From Octopus vulgaris (Eukaryota), in NCBI GenBank assembly GCA_951406725.2, contig OX597817.1:154318001-154382000 (forward strand): DNA of 64,000 bases, in the 5' to 3' direction. A program made the position numbers and the translations under genes. Below are positions 39,751-53,479 of the stretch, piece after piece. How positions within the stretch are numbered: the stretch's first letter is position 1; each line of letters begins with the position of its first letter. The notes under the pieces are model-generated. The model saw only the letters and a program-made list of their open reading frames with translations, did not search any database and was not told the DNA's origin.

Positions 39751-40686
39751 GTTATAGTACTTGGGAGAGTTTAAAGATGATATAGTTAGGGCAGTCGGTA
39801 AAGCCGGCAGTTGTTTATATACGTTTATATGTTTTTATGTTTACATTATTTTGAATGCGTTTTTACTGTCGAGTGCTACTCGTTGTGTTTATGTAACAGT
39901 GTTTGTAATTTTTCCTGTACAATAGTATCATGAATATTAAGCGTGATGAGGAAATTGTTTAGTTCCATAAAGGTATCTCTTACATTGCAATTTATGTTAT
40001 CTTTACTTAGTTTGATTTTCTGTAAGTGTTGTAGAGTCTTTAATGTACTTGGACGAAACTGTGCCGTTGAGAAGGAAGATAATAATCGTATCGATGTTGT
40101 GCTGTTGTTACAGTTTGTGAAATGTGATCTATTTATTTGAAGAGCTATCTGGTTGTATTAATGTATCATATTCAAAACACTGTTTTACTGATTTTAACGT
40201 CTATTCCAAATAAACTCACCACTTTTGTTTCCTATCTACAAGTGGTCTTCGATTGTTCTGTATGTCGAAATTTTATTGTTCAACACGCATTCTTGTAGCT
40301 TTCCGCTTTGTTCTGTCATTTTATCATTCTAGACTAATTTATCAAATATATTCATTCATTTTACAATTGATAGGAGGAATTTCAATGGGATTTTGCTGCT
40401 ATTTCTAGCAGATTTAGCGACTACATGATAGAACCTTTGTTGGCTTGTCAGATGTATAGTATATTCAAGATTTTGTGAACAGATAGTGCTACTTTCAGAT
40501 CTGCCAATGTGTCTTGAGAAATCAATACGGAACTTTCCCAAATTCCATCCAGGCTGCTCAATATTGTCATTGAATACAGATTGTAATAATTCGTGATTTC
40601 TAAGACAGCATGTCCTAGTTTATCAGTAAGTTTCCATATGCACATACTCCTCTATCAACTAGAAAAGCTTCCATAATGCAGGACAG

Positions 40687-41071
40687 TGGAAGCACTCCGT
40701 CGGTTACGACGACGAGGGTTCCGGTTGATCCGAATCAACGGAACAGCCTGCTCGTGAAATTAACGTGTAAGTGGCTGAGCACTCCACAGACACGTGTACC
40801 CTTAACGTAGTTCTCGGGGATATTCAGCGTGACACAGAGAGTGACAAGGCCGGCCCTTTGAAATACAGATTCAGCAGAAACAGGAAGTAAGAGTGAGAGA
40901 AAGTTGTGGTGAAAGAGTACAGCAGGGATCACCACCATCCCCTGCCGGAGCGTCGTGGAGCTTTAGGTGTTTTCGCTCAATAAACACACACAACGCCCGG
41001 TCTGGGAATCGAAATCGCGATCCTATGACCGCGAGTCCGCTGCCCTAACCACTGGGCCATTGCGCCTCCAC
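40687..41071 (-). mobile_element. SINE family A
   Basis: TSD aatgcaggacagt. Confidence 0.95.
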
Positions 41072-41900
41072 AAATGCAGGACAGTAATATTTACTTCAAG
41101 TATGTGCCACCCCAAGACTCGAGCTCATTAGCTGAAAGTAATGAAACATTCATCATTTATACAATCTTCCTAAGTTTTGAAAATATGTTGTACTCTCCTA
41201 TAATACGTATCTACAGCTAGATGGAGTGGGCCATTGTGAATTAGTTAAGTGGCTCAGAAAAGCATCTCATGATGAGATATAGTATCTGTCAATATTTCTG
41301 CAATTAGAACAGTACCTCATCATCATATAAACATACTCAAAACAGTTAATGATGTCGGCATATAATTATGGCGAAAATGTGGCGAAATAGAAATTATCGA
41401 ATGAATACTGTGATAATTATTAAGAGCTCTTCATATCAGGAGTGATATTATTGTGCTGATTTGACAAATTAGAAACTCTAGTGCCGATATTTACAAGTTA
41501 TTAATGGAAGATTAATTAAGCGTTATTTAATCATATCCATTTCTTCTGAAATGCAGTGAAGAGAACCAAAGTAATAGAATCTCTTCGTTCTCTCTCTTTT
41601 TCTTTCCTTCTTGTTGACTTGCGCCGAACACAATGTATTTCAAAGCTAATAATACCTGGAGTCACAGGTCCTTACATGAATAATATGGTCATTGTGGTCT
41701 GTACTCTCAACATCCCTTAAAGTACAAGTAGAGCTAAGAGGATTCGTTTAGGATTCTCAAATATAATTTCATGATTAAAGAAACTTAGAAAGCAACATTA
41801 CCAATCGCTTAAATCGATTCCAGCACTTGACTGGTCCTTTATTCTATCAACCCTGGAAGAATGCAAGCCAAAGTGGAGCTCGGCGACATTTTAACTGAGA

Positions 41901-42499
41901 GGCGGCGAGTTGGCAGAATCGTTAGCACGCCGGGCGAAATGCGTAGCCGTATTTCGTCTGCCGTTACGTTCTGAGTTCAAATTCCGCCGAGGTCAACTTT
42001 GCCTTTCATCCTCTTGGGGTCGATAAATAAAGTACCAGTTTCGCACTGGGTCGATGTAATCGACTTAATCCCTTTGTCTGCCCTTGTTTGTCCCCTCTAT
42101 GTTTAGCCCCTTGTGGGTAGTAAAGAAATAGGTATTTCGTCTGCCGTTACGTTCTGAGTTCAAATTCCGCCGAGGTCGACTTTGCCTTTTATCCTCTCGG
42201 GGTCGATAAATAAAGTACCAGTTTCGCACTGGGTCGATGTAATCGACTTAATCCCTTTGTCTGCCCTTGTTTGTCCCCTCTATGTTTAGCCCCTTGTGGG
42301 TAGTAAAGAAATAGGTATTTCGTCTGCCGTTACGTTCTGAGTTCAAATTCCGCCGAGGTCGACTTTGCCTTTCATCCTCTCGGGGTCGATAAATAAAGTA
42401 CCAGTTTCGCACTGGGTCGATGTAATCGACTTAACCCCTTTCTCTGCCCTTGTTTGTCCCCTCTGTGTTTAGCCCCTTGAGGGCAGTAAAGAAATAGAT
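41901..42499 (+). mobile_element. SINE family C trimer (183-bp period)
   Basis: Units start gtatttcgtctgcc at 41949, 42132 and 42315; single TSD attttaactgaga. Confidence 0.95.
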
Positions 42500-42837
42500 A
42501 TTTTAACTGAGAATGTATTAAGAACAAATTATGCGAGGCATTTTACAGGCGCGCTTTTAATTCTGCTAATCCAAGATTTACAGCAGAAAGCTGTAGCTAA
42601 ATGTAAAGCGACTTTCGGTTCTTCTCCTCCAGGTTCGTTATCACGAAAGCTCCTTTGGGAATTCATATGTTGATTTCTTTCCAAACATTAGTAACATCCG
42701 TTTACGTTGTTACTGCTACTGCAGTTGTCGATGTCTTTTGTTGCTGCTCTTTAGATCTCAGTCGATCCTAGTCTAGTCACATTCAACCCATGACTCTCCT
42801 TTCAATCTTTTTGTCTCTCTGACTGCATTATAAAATA

Positions 42838-43236
42838 CTAGCAGTATCGCCCGGCGTTGCTCGGGTTTGTAAGGGAAATAACTATATAAGCATTTTTAGA
42901 GATGTAAAGTATAATAGCCATCTCAATATGGCTAACCACAAAGGGGGGGGTTGTTACTGTAGCTTTTTACGTTCTGAGATTTAATAATACATTTTAGAGA
43001 GTTACTTCCCTTATATAAACCGAGCGAAAATGCATTAAAAATACGGAAAAATTATGGTAATTTTTTTTTTTAAATCGTAGACTCATCGTAGACGCGCGCT
43101 AATACCCAGAAGGGCTCGATATGAATCACGACTATAAGATACCCGCTTTTGGTTACACTGCACCGCAAAATGTGGGAGTAGTTAGGAATCTAAATCGTAG
43201 GAGACAGACACACAACTTCACTTTTATATATAAAGA
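42838..43236 (-). mobile_element. Non-autonomous Helitron, same family as 180-553
   Basis: A|TC...hairpin...CTAG|T on the minus strand. Confidence 0.9.
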
Positions 43237-43824
43237 TGTCATACATTTTAAAGACTGTTGTGTGTGATCCGAGGGAGATTTGGCTGGTATTTCTAGAAGG
43301 TTTGAATGTTCATTTATAGAAAATACTTGCTTTTGAGAATTGTCCGTGTGTGTATCCATTGTTATATAACAAACATTGATCTAAATAACGAAGAAGTTCT
43401 AAGAAATAAAATATTTTACGAAAGACAGTTTCAAGAGAATTCTACAGAGTATCTAACAGCAGATGTCTTTAGTATCTGTTTTTCTTTTGTTTCAAATTGC
43501 TTATATCTATCAGCTCCAATTCTTTCAACCCTCTCTCTCACGCGCTCTCTCTCACGCGCTATCTCTCACTCGCTCTCTCTATCTATCTATCTATCTATCT
43601 ATCTTTGTGTCTTTCTCCGCTTTTTTCATTTCACTTTGAACATTTTAGATAATTATATCATTAAGCATTTACTTTTTGCACAACACTGCGTATATCCGCA
43701 GAAGTGAAATTAATTCAAATAAAACAGAGACTTAGTGTGAATGAAATACGAATGTAAATATAGTCTTTTTATGCTGTTTGTGGGAAAATGTGGAATGCTT
43801 TAACTGGAAGAGGACACCGAATAC

Positions 43825-43868
43825 TTCTCTGAGGAGCGGCCAGCAATCCATGAAACGATGCGTCAGGA
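43825..43868 (+). ncRNA. Isolated type-I hammerhead motif, slightly decayed
   Basis: ttct-CTGAGGA-gcgg..ccat-GAAAC-gatgc-GTC-agga; one mismatch in stem II. Confidence 0.65.
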
Positions 43869-44380
43869 ATCACCCACTCGTTTTTCTGCGCGTCAATAGT
43901 ATAGAAAGAATGTTCGCATTTTTATCTCAACTACAGTGAAAATTTGTATTATTAAAATCATATAATTGTATTTAAAAATGATTGAATCGTTAGATCATCA
44001 GAAAAATGACTTACTGTGGTGTCTACTTACAGTAACATTCCACCGTCGTTGATTTTTTTTCTTTCATCCTTATGAAGTAGACAGACAAAATAAGTACTCT
44101 AGTACTAGAGTTGATTTAATCCAATTTTTCTCTCACCTAAATGTGTGGCCTTGTGCTTTTGTTAGAACTCAATATTTACACACTTTCTATAGTCACATTT
44201 TCTTCAGTCTATTAATATCTATGCGTTTATTGAGTTATGGTATGTCATGATAGAGAAATCTGCAGAATAAGAAAGAACTTCCCACCAAGCTGAAAATACA
44301 AATCAATCCTATTACTTGGTTGAAGACATCCATTTTTTTTCTTTTCGCTTATTCACGTTGTTAACGAGTATATGATGTAC

Positions 44381-44771
44381 GGGAGGCACAATGGCCCAGT
44401 GGTTAGGGCAGCGGACTCGCGGTCGTAGGATCGCGGTTTCGATTCCCAGACCGAGCGTTGTGAGTGTTTATTGAGCGAAAACACCTAAAGCTCCACGAGT
44501 CCCCGGCAGGGGATGGTGGTGATCCCTGCTGTACTCTTTCACCACAACTTTCTCTCACTCTTACTTCCTGTTTCTGTTGTACCTGTATTTCAAGGGGCCG
44601 GCCTTGTCACTCTCTGTGTCACGCTGAATATCCCCGAGAACTATGTTAAGGGTACACGTGTCTGTGGAGTGCTCAGCCACTTGCACGTTAATTCCACGAG
44701 CAGGCTGTTCCGTTGGTCGGATCAACCGGAACCCTCGTCGTCGTAACCGACGGAGTGAAAAAAGAAGAAAG
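44381..44771 (+). mobile_element. SINE family A
   Basis: TSD atatgatgtacg; purine-rich tail. Confidence 0.95.
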
Positions 44772-45094
44772 ATATGATGTACGAGTATCACAACATTCTC
44801 TCCTAGTTTACCATTATCACCACCACCATCATTAACGTAATTACTATTATCTCTGCCATAGTGCTAACCAGGAAGCCCCTACGTAGTTACGCGATCAGCT
44901 AGAAATAACAGCTAAATTACAAATGACATCCTGATTTTTTTTAGAAAAAGAAAGAAAACTTTGACAATATGGTCTTTGAGCATAATGTCTGGTCAATCAG
45001 GGCTGACCTGGTGACTGAAAAAAACCACTGGCATGAACACTAATAAGTAAGGAACCTAGTCACAGAAAATCTATATGTTTTGTATTGGATTTAT

Positions 45095-45317
45095 ACTCTC
45101 TCTTTTACTCTTTTACTTGTTTCAGTCATTTGACTGAGGCCATGCTGGAGCACCGCCTTTAATCGAGCAACTCGACCCCGGGACTTATTCTTTTGTAAGC
45201 CCAGTACTTATTCTATCGGTCTCTTTTGCCGAACCGCTAAGTAACGGGGACGTAAACACACCAGCATCAGTTGTCAAGCAATACTAGGGGGACAAACACA
45301 GACACACAAACACATAC

Positions 45318-45395
<78 letters not shown>

Positions 45396-45549
45396 GACAG
45401 GCTTTCCGTCTACCAAACCCACTCACAAGGCTTTGGTTGGCCCGAGGCTATAGTAGAAGACACTTGCCCAAGGTGCCACGCAGTGGGACTGAACCCGGAA
45501 CCATGTGGTCGGTAAGCAAGCTACTTACCACACAACCACTCCTGCGCCT
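45095..45549 (-). mobile_element. SINE family B
   Basis: Full copy with expanded internal (TA)n. Confidence 0.95.
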
Positions 45550-46161
45550 TATATAATTTTTATTTATATATAATTTAATGCTTTCAAGTTAAACCAAATG
45601 AAATCACGAACGCAAAATAACTATTGTTAAATTAGACATGTCGTAGCCAGAAGATAAATGAACCAGAAATCAAATGGCCGACTCAGACAATTTAAATAAT
45701 ATCAATACAACCACGTTTAAACATATCTCCTAGCCATGTCACTCATTTTTATTTCAAATGCTAGAGAAGTAATATCTTAGCTCACGCTTCTTCTCTATGT
45801 CTAATCGTGACTTCGCCTCCTTGACACTTCTATTCTCCTTTAGTATGCTCTCCTCTCGTTATGCTCTCCTCTCGTTTTCTCGTTAGCCTTTCTTTCTCTC
45901 GAAAGCATTCTCTTTCTCTCTTTTCCATTTTCGCTTTCATCTTGCTCGTTTCATTTGTATATCGTGCATCCTTTCCTCTCTTTCGTCTCTCCCTTCCCAC
46001 CTCTTTTGCCCTCAGTCTCTCCCTCCCTTCCTCAGTCTCAATCTATGCTGTCTCGTATTATCTTCAAATTGTATAGTCCTTTTAGATGCAGCTAATTTGA
46101 CCAAAATAAAAATAGTACGAACTGTAGCGGAAAGTGCACGGGAATTTTTTACTCACATGCA

Positions 46162-46343
46162 TAGGCGCAGGAGTGGCTGTGTGGTAAGTAGCTTGCTAAC
46201 CAACCACATGGTTCCGGGTTCAGTCCCACTGCGTGGCATCTTGGGCAAGTGTCTTCTGCTATAGCCCCAGGCCGACCAATGCCTTGTGAGTGGATTTGGT
46301 AGACGGAAACTGAAAGAAGCCTGTCGTATATATGCATATATAT

Positions 46344-46434
<91 letters not shown>

Positions 46435-46636
46435 TGTGTTTGTCCCCCTAGCATTGCTTGACAACCGATGCTGGTGTGTTTACGTCCCCGTCACTTAGTG
46501 GTTCGGCAAAAGAGACCGATAGAATAAGTACTGGGCTTACAAAGAATAAGTCCCGGGGTCGATTTGCTCGACTAAAAGGCGGTGCTTCAGCATGGCCGCA
46601 GTCAAATGACTGAAACAAGTAAAAGAGTAAAAGAGT
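46162..46636 (+). mobile_element. SINE family B
   Basis: Full copy; short TSD atgca. Confidence 0.95.
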
Positions 46637-47069
46637 ATGCAAAGGTTTATACTTCCATATGTTCGCGGTATGAACACTTAAAGCATTGGAATTTCCCCAT
46701 GTGTTCATTTAATATCCACACCAAGATTATTAATCCGATCCATTATTTGTCTAGCGATAGAAGACACGTGGTTTCTTTTCTTTTTGTACATGTTCCAGAG
46801 TTCTTCAAAATCTTACCCTTGGTAAAACTAGACACGATAAAGCAAAAAGAAAAAAAAACAAACATAAACTCTTAGAATTCAATTTATATCAATATACATA
46901 TTTATAAATGTGTATACTAGTGAGATGTGCACGATTAAAGCTGGTCAAGAGGTAAAGAACAACACTGATAACTCTGAAGTTACGTAATGTGTGTGTGTAT
47001 GTGTACGTGTGTGTGCGAGTTTATGTGTGTGTATATGTGTGTGTATGTGTGTGAATATATGTGCATCTT

Positions 47070-47451
47070 TTATCTTTGACTTGCTTCAGTCATTTGACTG
47101 CGGCCATGCTGGAGCACCGCCTTTAGTCGAGCAAATCGACCCCGGGACTTATTCTTTGTAAGCCCAGTACTTATTCTATCGTTCTCTTTTTGCCGAACCG
47201 CTAAGTGACGGGGACGTAAACACACCAGCATTGGTTGTCAAGCAATGCTAGGGGGACAAACACAAACACACACGCATACGTATATATATACATATATACG
47301 ACAGACTTCTTTCAGTTTCCGTCTACCAAATCCACTCACAAGGCATTGGTCGGCCCGGGGCTATAGCAGAAGACACTTGCCCAAGATGCCACGCAGTGGG
47401 ACTGAACCCGGAACCATGTGGTTGGTTAGCAAGCTACTTACCACACAGCCA
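47070..47451 (-). mobile_element. SINE family B
   Basis: Near-consensus copy. Confidence 0.95.
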
Positions 47452-47550
47452 CGTGTATATGTAATTGTGTGCATATACATGTGTGTATTTATATGTGTAT
47501 ATGCGCGTATGTGAGTATGTATGTCTGTATGTATGTACGTATGAATGTAT

Positions 47551-48265
47551 GTCTCTTCTATTTTTTAATTATTATAAATCTTCCACTGAGGAAGGAGCCA
47601 GTTTCCAACAAAGATACAAGGTTCCATCCTTGGGATGTCGTAAACACAGAAATATTCACGTTTGGAACTTGAGAAAAGTCTTGCATATTTTTACTGTTCC
47701 ACCCACAGATCGGACTTGTAATGTACGAATCAGCCGGTCAATTTCTCTTTCTGAAAATCCCAGTTTATCCAGATTTTCCGTTAATATCCAGCCTGTTACA
47801 CTTACATTTGACAGAAGTTTTGATGGGAATATTCCACCAGTATTCCTTGAGTTGATGTTTATGAATGTATTCCATAACAGAGGGATTCTCTGAGTTTATT
47901 TCAGGACAGTCTTTTTTGCGGATGGCATGGTATATTGTTTTAGCAACAACGTCGTACCGCATAAGGAGGTAGTACCGCGACAACATTTTAGGACAGCTGC
48001 TAATGACATGCGTAATGTCTTCCACAGAAACATGACACAACCTACAAATGCGGTTGCACCTTGGGATTACAAGAGTGTCACTGTCTCTTGTTCACCAGGT
48101 ACTTTGTGACAATCTCTTGTTCCTGGATAACAAACGCATAGCCTTAAAAGTGTGATGTGATGTAGTGGTCTTGTGTCCAAGGGAGGCTACGCTTCGTGTC
48201 AATTCTTCTCTTCTTCAAGCATCCAGGCAACATACCCATGCATGGTCTCTTTTTACTTAATCTTA
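47551..48265 (-). mobile_element. R4/Dong-like RLE non-LTR retrotransposon 3' fragment
   Basis: CCHC finger (LCHVSVEDITHVISSCPKM..Y..RYDVVAK), YWWNIPIKT..NRLDI (RLE), C-terminus GTVKICKTFLKF; 3' end abuts (CATA)n. Confidence 0.85.
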
Positions 48266-48368
48266 CAAATCTCTCTCCCCCCCTCTCTCTCTCTCTCTCC
48301 TATTTCAGATTCAATGAAGATATACATAGTCTGTCTAGATATCTTACATAATTAGCAATGTTTTCTTT

Positions 48369-48836
48369 CTCGAGAGAGTCCAGAAGCTGGCTACCTGCAT
48401 GGTTCATGGTCTCAAAAATTTGTCCTACGAAGAAAGGCTGAGGACGCTCGACCTTTATTCTCTTGAAAAACGCCGCCGCCGTGGTGATCTCATTCTCGTC
48501 CACAACATCATAAGCGGAAAGTGTAACCTCTCGAAAGAGCTGTTCTTCACTCCTGCTCCAGAGCGTCGGCTGCGGGGTCATTCCGAAAAGCTCTACCTGC
48601 GACGATTTCATCTCAATCGAAGGAGAGGGGCATTCTCCGTCCGGGTTGCGGATCCGTGGAACAAGCTGCCAGACGAGATGGTGAAGATGCCGACGACCGC
48701 TTTGTTCAAAGCCTCCCTGGACCTCAAGTGGCCTGAACTCTTTACATGAACACCACCCTGTACTTAACTCCATGTCCCCCTACATGGCCTTGCTATTTGC
48801 TTTTGAGCCAAATTAATTAACTAACTAACTAACTAA
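48369..48836 (+). mobile_element. CR1 LINE 3' end, 5'-truncated
   Basis: LERVQKLAT..LSYEERL..LYSLEKRRRRGDLI..LRGH..FSVRV..WNKLP; (TAAC)n tail. Confidence 0.93.
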
Positions 48837-49101
48837 GAGAATACAACACTTATCAAGAGTATTACTTATAGATGATAAATCTTATTAAATCTACTTGGAT
48901 TTTGGCAAAATGTGTTTAAAATACTATAGCAAAACAGTCTAAATCCACCCAGCATCCCATAGGAGACGCTCTGAATTAACATTTGTACATGTAACATCTT
49001 TTGCACAAAGTGAAAATTCCTCTTTGTAGATCAAAAGTATTTCAAACATATTTGAACTGATTTAAAGCCTGCTAATTTTACACCATTGCATCGCACGCAG
49101 C

Positions 49102-49407
<306 letters not shown>

Positions 49408-50321
49408 TCGATGTTTTATTTCCCAATTTAAGGTGCTAAGATGTGATTTGTAGGAAAGTTGAGTGATATCTCTTGCAGGCAGAGAAACCGTGTACAGGTC
49501 TTCTATCACTGTTTCAAAATAAACATAAATATTTAGCACCAGATCGCTCTCGATCGAACTTACATAAAATGAAAGCTAATCTAACGGTGACCACCCAATC
49601 AAGTTGGAAATCAGTCGATTACGAACTTTGTAGCGATTTAAAGAAGATTTGTACGCTATTTCATGGAAGAAATAAATAATTTTCAACTATACATCTTCGA
49701 AGTTAGCATTAGTTGGTCAATATGAACAACTGGAGAGGTGACAGCATTCTCTCAATATTGGCTAGAAACCATGAAGCAGGGCAAACATTTAGGATGATTT
49801 TTATGGCCTAGACGCAGATTATGTTGCGTAAAAACGAAGGAGTGAGTCTGATGTGCGCGCAGTTTTTGCGTCCTTCAAAGAAGCCTAGCGTTTGTCTAGA
49901 GTCTTAGTCCTGCGAGTAAGATTTTATAGCACATAACTGGAAGAAAAACACCAACCAAAGCCAAATACTCTCGTTGTGGTGATGGTGGCTGGGATATTCC
50001 ACACATTTAGGACAATGGAATACGGTCACTTCGGAAGTTTCAGGTGCACGGAAGGTATAGCGTAGGCAGGAGTAGTCGCAGTTTTTGCTCATCATTCCGT
50101 GAATGCATCTCTTGCTGAGGTGTTATTTAAGTAGCCAAAATTTTCATTGATTACTAAATAGCTTCAATTTCTGAGAACCACAAACGGCAGGTCCTCGATG
50201 ACGGCAGCGGGTAGAGAGGATCACACATTCAAGACGATGAAATACTGCCAAATCAACAGTTCCAGACGCACAAATGTATTATAGGCAAGAGTAATCATTA
50301 TTCTCCAGTTCCCAGCGTACT

Positions 50322-50404
<83 letters not shown>

Positions 50405-50407
50405 GTG

Positions 50408-50711
50408 TGTGGAGGCGCAATGGCCCAGTGGTTAGGACAGCGGATTCGCGGTCGTAGGATCGCGGTTTCGATTCCCAGACCGGGCGTTGTGTGTGTGTTT
50501 ATTGAGCGAAAACACCTAAAAAGCTCCACGAGGCTCCGGCAGAAGGTGGTGATCCCTGCTGTACTCTTTCACCACTCTTTCACTCTTTCTTCTGTTGGCT
50601 TGCTCGCTTAGCCAGCGGGGTGGCGTCGTCCGAAGGCTAAAACAATGCAAACGCATTGTGACCAGCGATGTGTAGCAACATCTGATGGTCTGGCCGGTCA
50701 CGGTGATCACG

Positions 50712-50716
<5 letters not shown>
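50408..50716 (+). mobile_element. Chimeric SINE: family A head with alternative 3' tail
   Basis: Matches family A to ...actctttcaccac, then switches to the tail seen at 28170-28283. Confidence 0.85.
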
Positions 50717-50786
<70 letters not shown>

Positions 50787-51191
50787 GCAGGAAAGAAGTA
50801 TTGTTGTAGACAGATAAAGAATCAGAATAATTAAGAATAAATATTTGAAGAAAATTTAAGGCGAAAGGTAAAAGTAAAAGACATATAATAAAGTATTTGC
50901 TGGCAACTATATCAGCCCGTCATAGAAATACAGGATAGCAATGGAATAATAAAGACACATCGAGAATGGCATGTAACTTATATTACATTAGTAAAGACAA
51001 ATTGGTCATGACGCTTGAATGATGATACGGCATAAACGATCACAAATATAATGGCAAAATATAATGACACTTGTATGAAAGGTAACTACATACAGGGACG
51101 CACAAGGGAGGTGTGTGTGTGCGTGCCCATGTTAGTATGAATAAATATCTATGTATATTTATACGTGTGTGTATTTGTGTGTCTGATGAAC

Positions 51192-51234
<43 letters not shown>

Positions 51235-51273
51235 CGGAATGGTATAAAAATCTTGCACAACAAATATTTAAAC

Positions 51274-51361
<88 letters not shown>

Positions 51362-51399
51362 TATATAGTTTATGTACATAAATATATATAAATGTTTGC

Positions 51400-51441
<42 letters not shown>

Positions 51442-51783
51442 ATATCAATAACTCAATCTCTCTATATATGTATATGTATGTATTATGTATGTGTTTGTAT
51501 GTACGTATACAAGCATTGTTTTACGAATAATACAGATGGAAAGGAGTATTCTTTCGGGAAAAATTGGATACCACCAATATATAAGCAGAAGTCTGATCCT
51601 TTAATCCGTTGTCTGTTGGGAAATCATCATAGTTTCGGCACCTTAGATTATATTCTTCAATCCAGCGATGGCCACAAACATTGCAAGGGAAAAGACGATC
51701 GCACGTAAGAAATGATCCAGAACGAAGGAGAAAAATGAAGAAAAGTTATAGTACAATAGCAAATTTAAATCAGAAAGATTTAA

Positions 51784-52190
51784 TAGGCGCAGGAGTGGCT
51801 GTGTGGTAAGTAGCTTGCTAACCAACCACAAGGTTCCGGGTTCAGTCCCACTGCGTGGCATCTTGGGCAAGTGTTTTCTACTATAGCCCCGGGCCGACCA
51901 ATGCCTTGTGAGTGGATTTGGTAGACGGAAACTGAAAGAAGCCTGTCGTATATATGTATATATATATGTGTGTGTGTGTGTCTGTGTTTGTCCCCGTAGC
52001 ACTGCTTGATAACCGATGCTGGTGTGTTTATGTCCCCGTTACTTAGCGGTTCGGCAAAAAGAGACCGATAAAATAAGTACTGGGCTTACAAAAGAATAAG
52101 TCCTGGACCGAGTTGCTCGATTAAAGGCGGTGCTCCAGCATGGCCGCAGTCAAATGACTGAAACAAGTAAAAGAGTAAAAGAGAGTAAAG
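51784..52190 (+). mobile_element. SINE family B
   Basis: Full copy. Confidence 0.95.
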
Positions 52191-52236
52191 ATATAAAGCG
52201 AAAAAAACAAAGAGGAAATAACAGATTCTTAATAAT

Positions 52237-52563
52237 AGCAAGAGCACTCAGAGAGCGCAAACTACTGCCAAGGCAACACCAACGTCCTCTCAATGATTAG
52301 TCGGAGATGATCTTTAGAAAGAGAATATCTGAAATAAACTCGATTGGTCTCACAAATGAGAATACTAAAAATGAACCCGACCGCTCTCAAAAATTAAGTT
52401 AAAAAAAACGGAAAAGTAATCCAGAATCCTTGTCCAGTACTAGCTCGATCCCAAAATATAATCAGTTCGTGCCGGTCACGAGGCCAAACATCCCTGAAGG
52501 TTTCATCCGAATCCATCCAGCGATTCTTGAGATATCTTGTCCACGGACAAACAAACAAACAAA
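52237..52563 (+). mobile_element. Helentron-type non-autonomous element (HINE/DINE-like), 3' truncated
   Basis: caagagcactcagagagcgca start; tttcatccgaatccatcc...gagatat...acggacaaac(aaac)n layout typical of HINEs. Confidence 0.5.
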
Positions 52564-52909
52564 ATTTCCATTTCAGATGATTGTAACAACGATTTCTTTA
52601 TTGCCCACAAGTGGCTAACCATAAAGGGACAGTACAAAGATGGACAAAAACACAAAAGTGGGGGGGAAATAAAACGAATGAGAAGGATGGTATAAAAAAT
52701 GAATAGATGAAATGGAAGCCACTCGGACCTCACAATCGAAGTGACGTCATTGAAACTTTTTAAAAACAATTAAACACTTAATATATCTATATTAAAGGTT
52801 CATGATAGCCTACCGTTGACTGCACTCCCCTGGTATCAATTCCCTTTTGTGAGATAATGACATTTCTCCCGTAATCCTCACTTAATCTTTGCGAGTTCTT
52901 TCTGTCCAT

Positions 52910-53127
52910 TACTCTTTACTTGTTTCAGTCATTTGACTGCGGCCATGCTGGAGCACCGCCTTTAGTCGAGCAAATCGACCCTGGGACTTATTCTTAGTAA
53001 GCCCAGTACTTATTCTATCGGTCTCTTTTGCCGAACCGCTAAGTGACGGGGACGTAAACACACCAGCATCGGTTGTCAAGCAATGCTAGGGGGACAAACA
53101 CAGATACACAAACACAGACACACATAC

Positions 53128-53168
<41 letters not shown>

Positions 53169-53333
53169 CGACAGGCTTCTTTCAGTTTCTGTCTACCAAA
53201 TCCACTCACAAGGCATTGGTCGGCCCGGGGCTATAGCAGAAGACACTTGCCCAAGACGCCACGCAGTAGGACTGAACCCGGAACCATGTGGTTGGTTAGC
53301 AAGCTACTTACCACATAGTCTCTCCTGCGCCTA
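52910..53333 (-). mobile_element. SINE family B
   Basis: Full copy. Confidence 0.95.
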
Positions 53334-53479
53334 TTACTACACTACTATTACTACATAACTACACATTTGAATTGCGAGTGCACTCCCTTACACTCTTCAA
53401 TATCGACTTTTATCAACTCGTCCAGATTGTTCATTTCCTCGCACAACTCATCGAGTGACTCATTGTAAAAAAAACAATG

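Noticed and set aside
41949-42499. CRISPR-like or satellite array
   Set aside because: Units are contiguous SINE repeats without unique spacers, in a eukaryotic context
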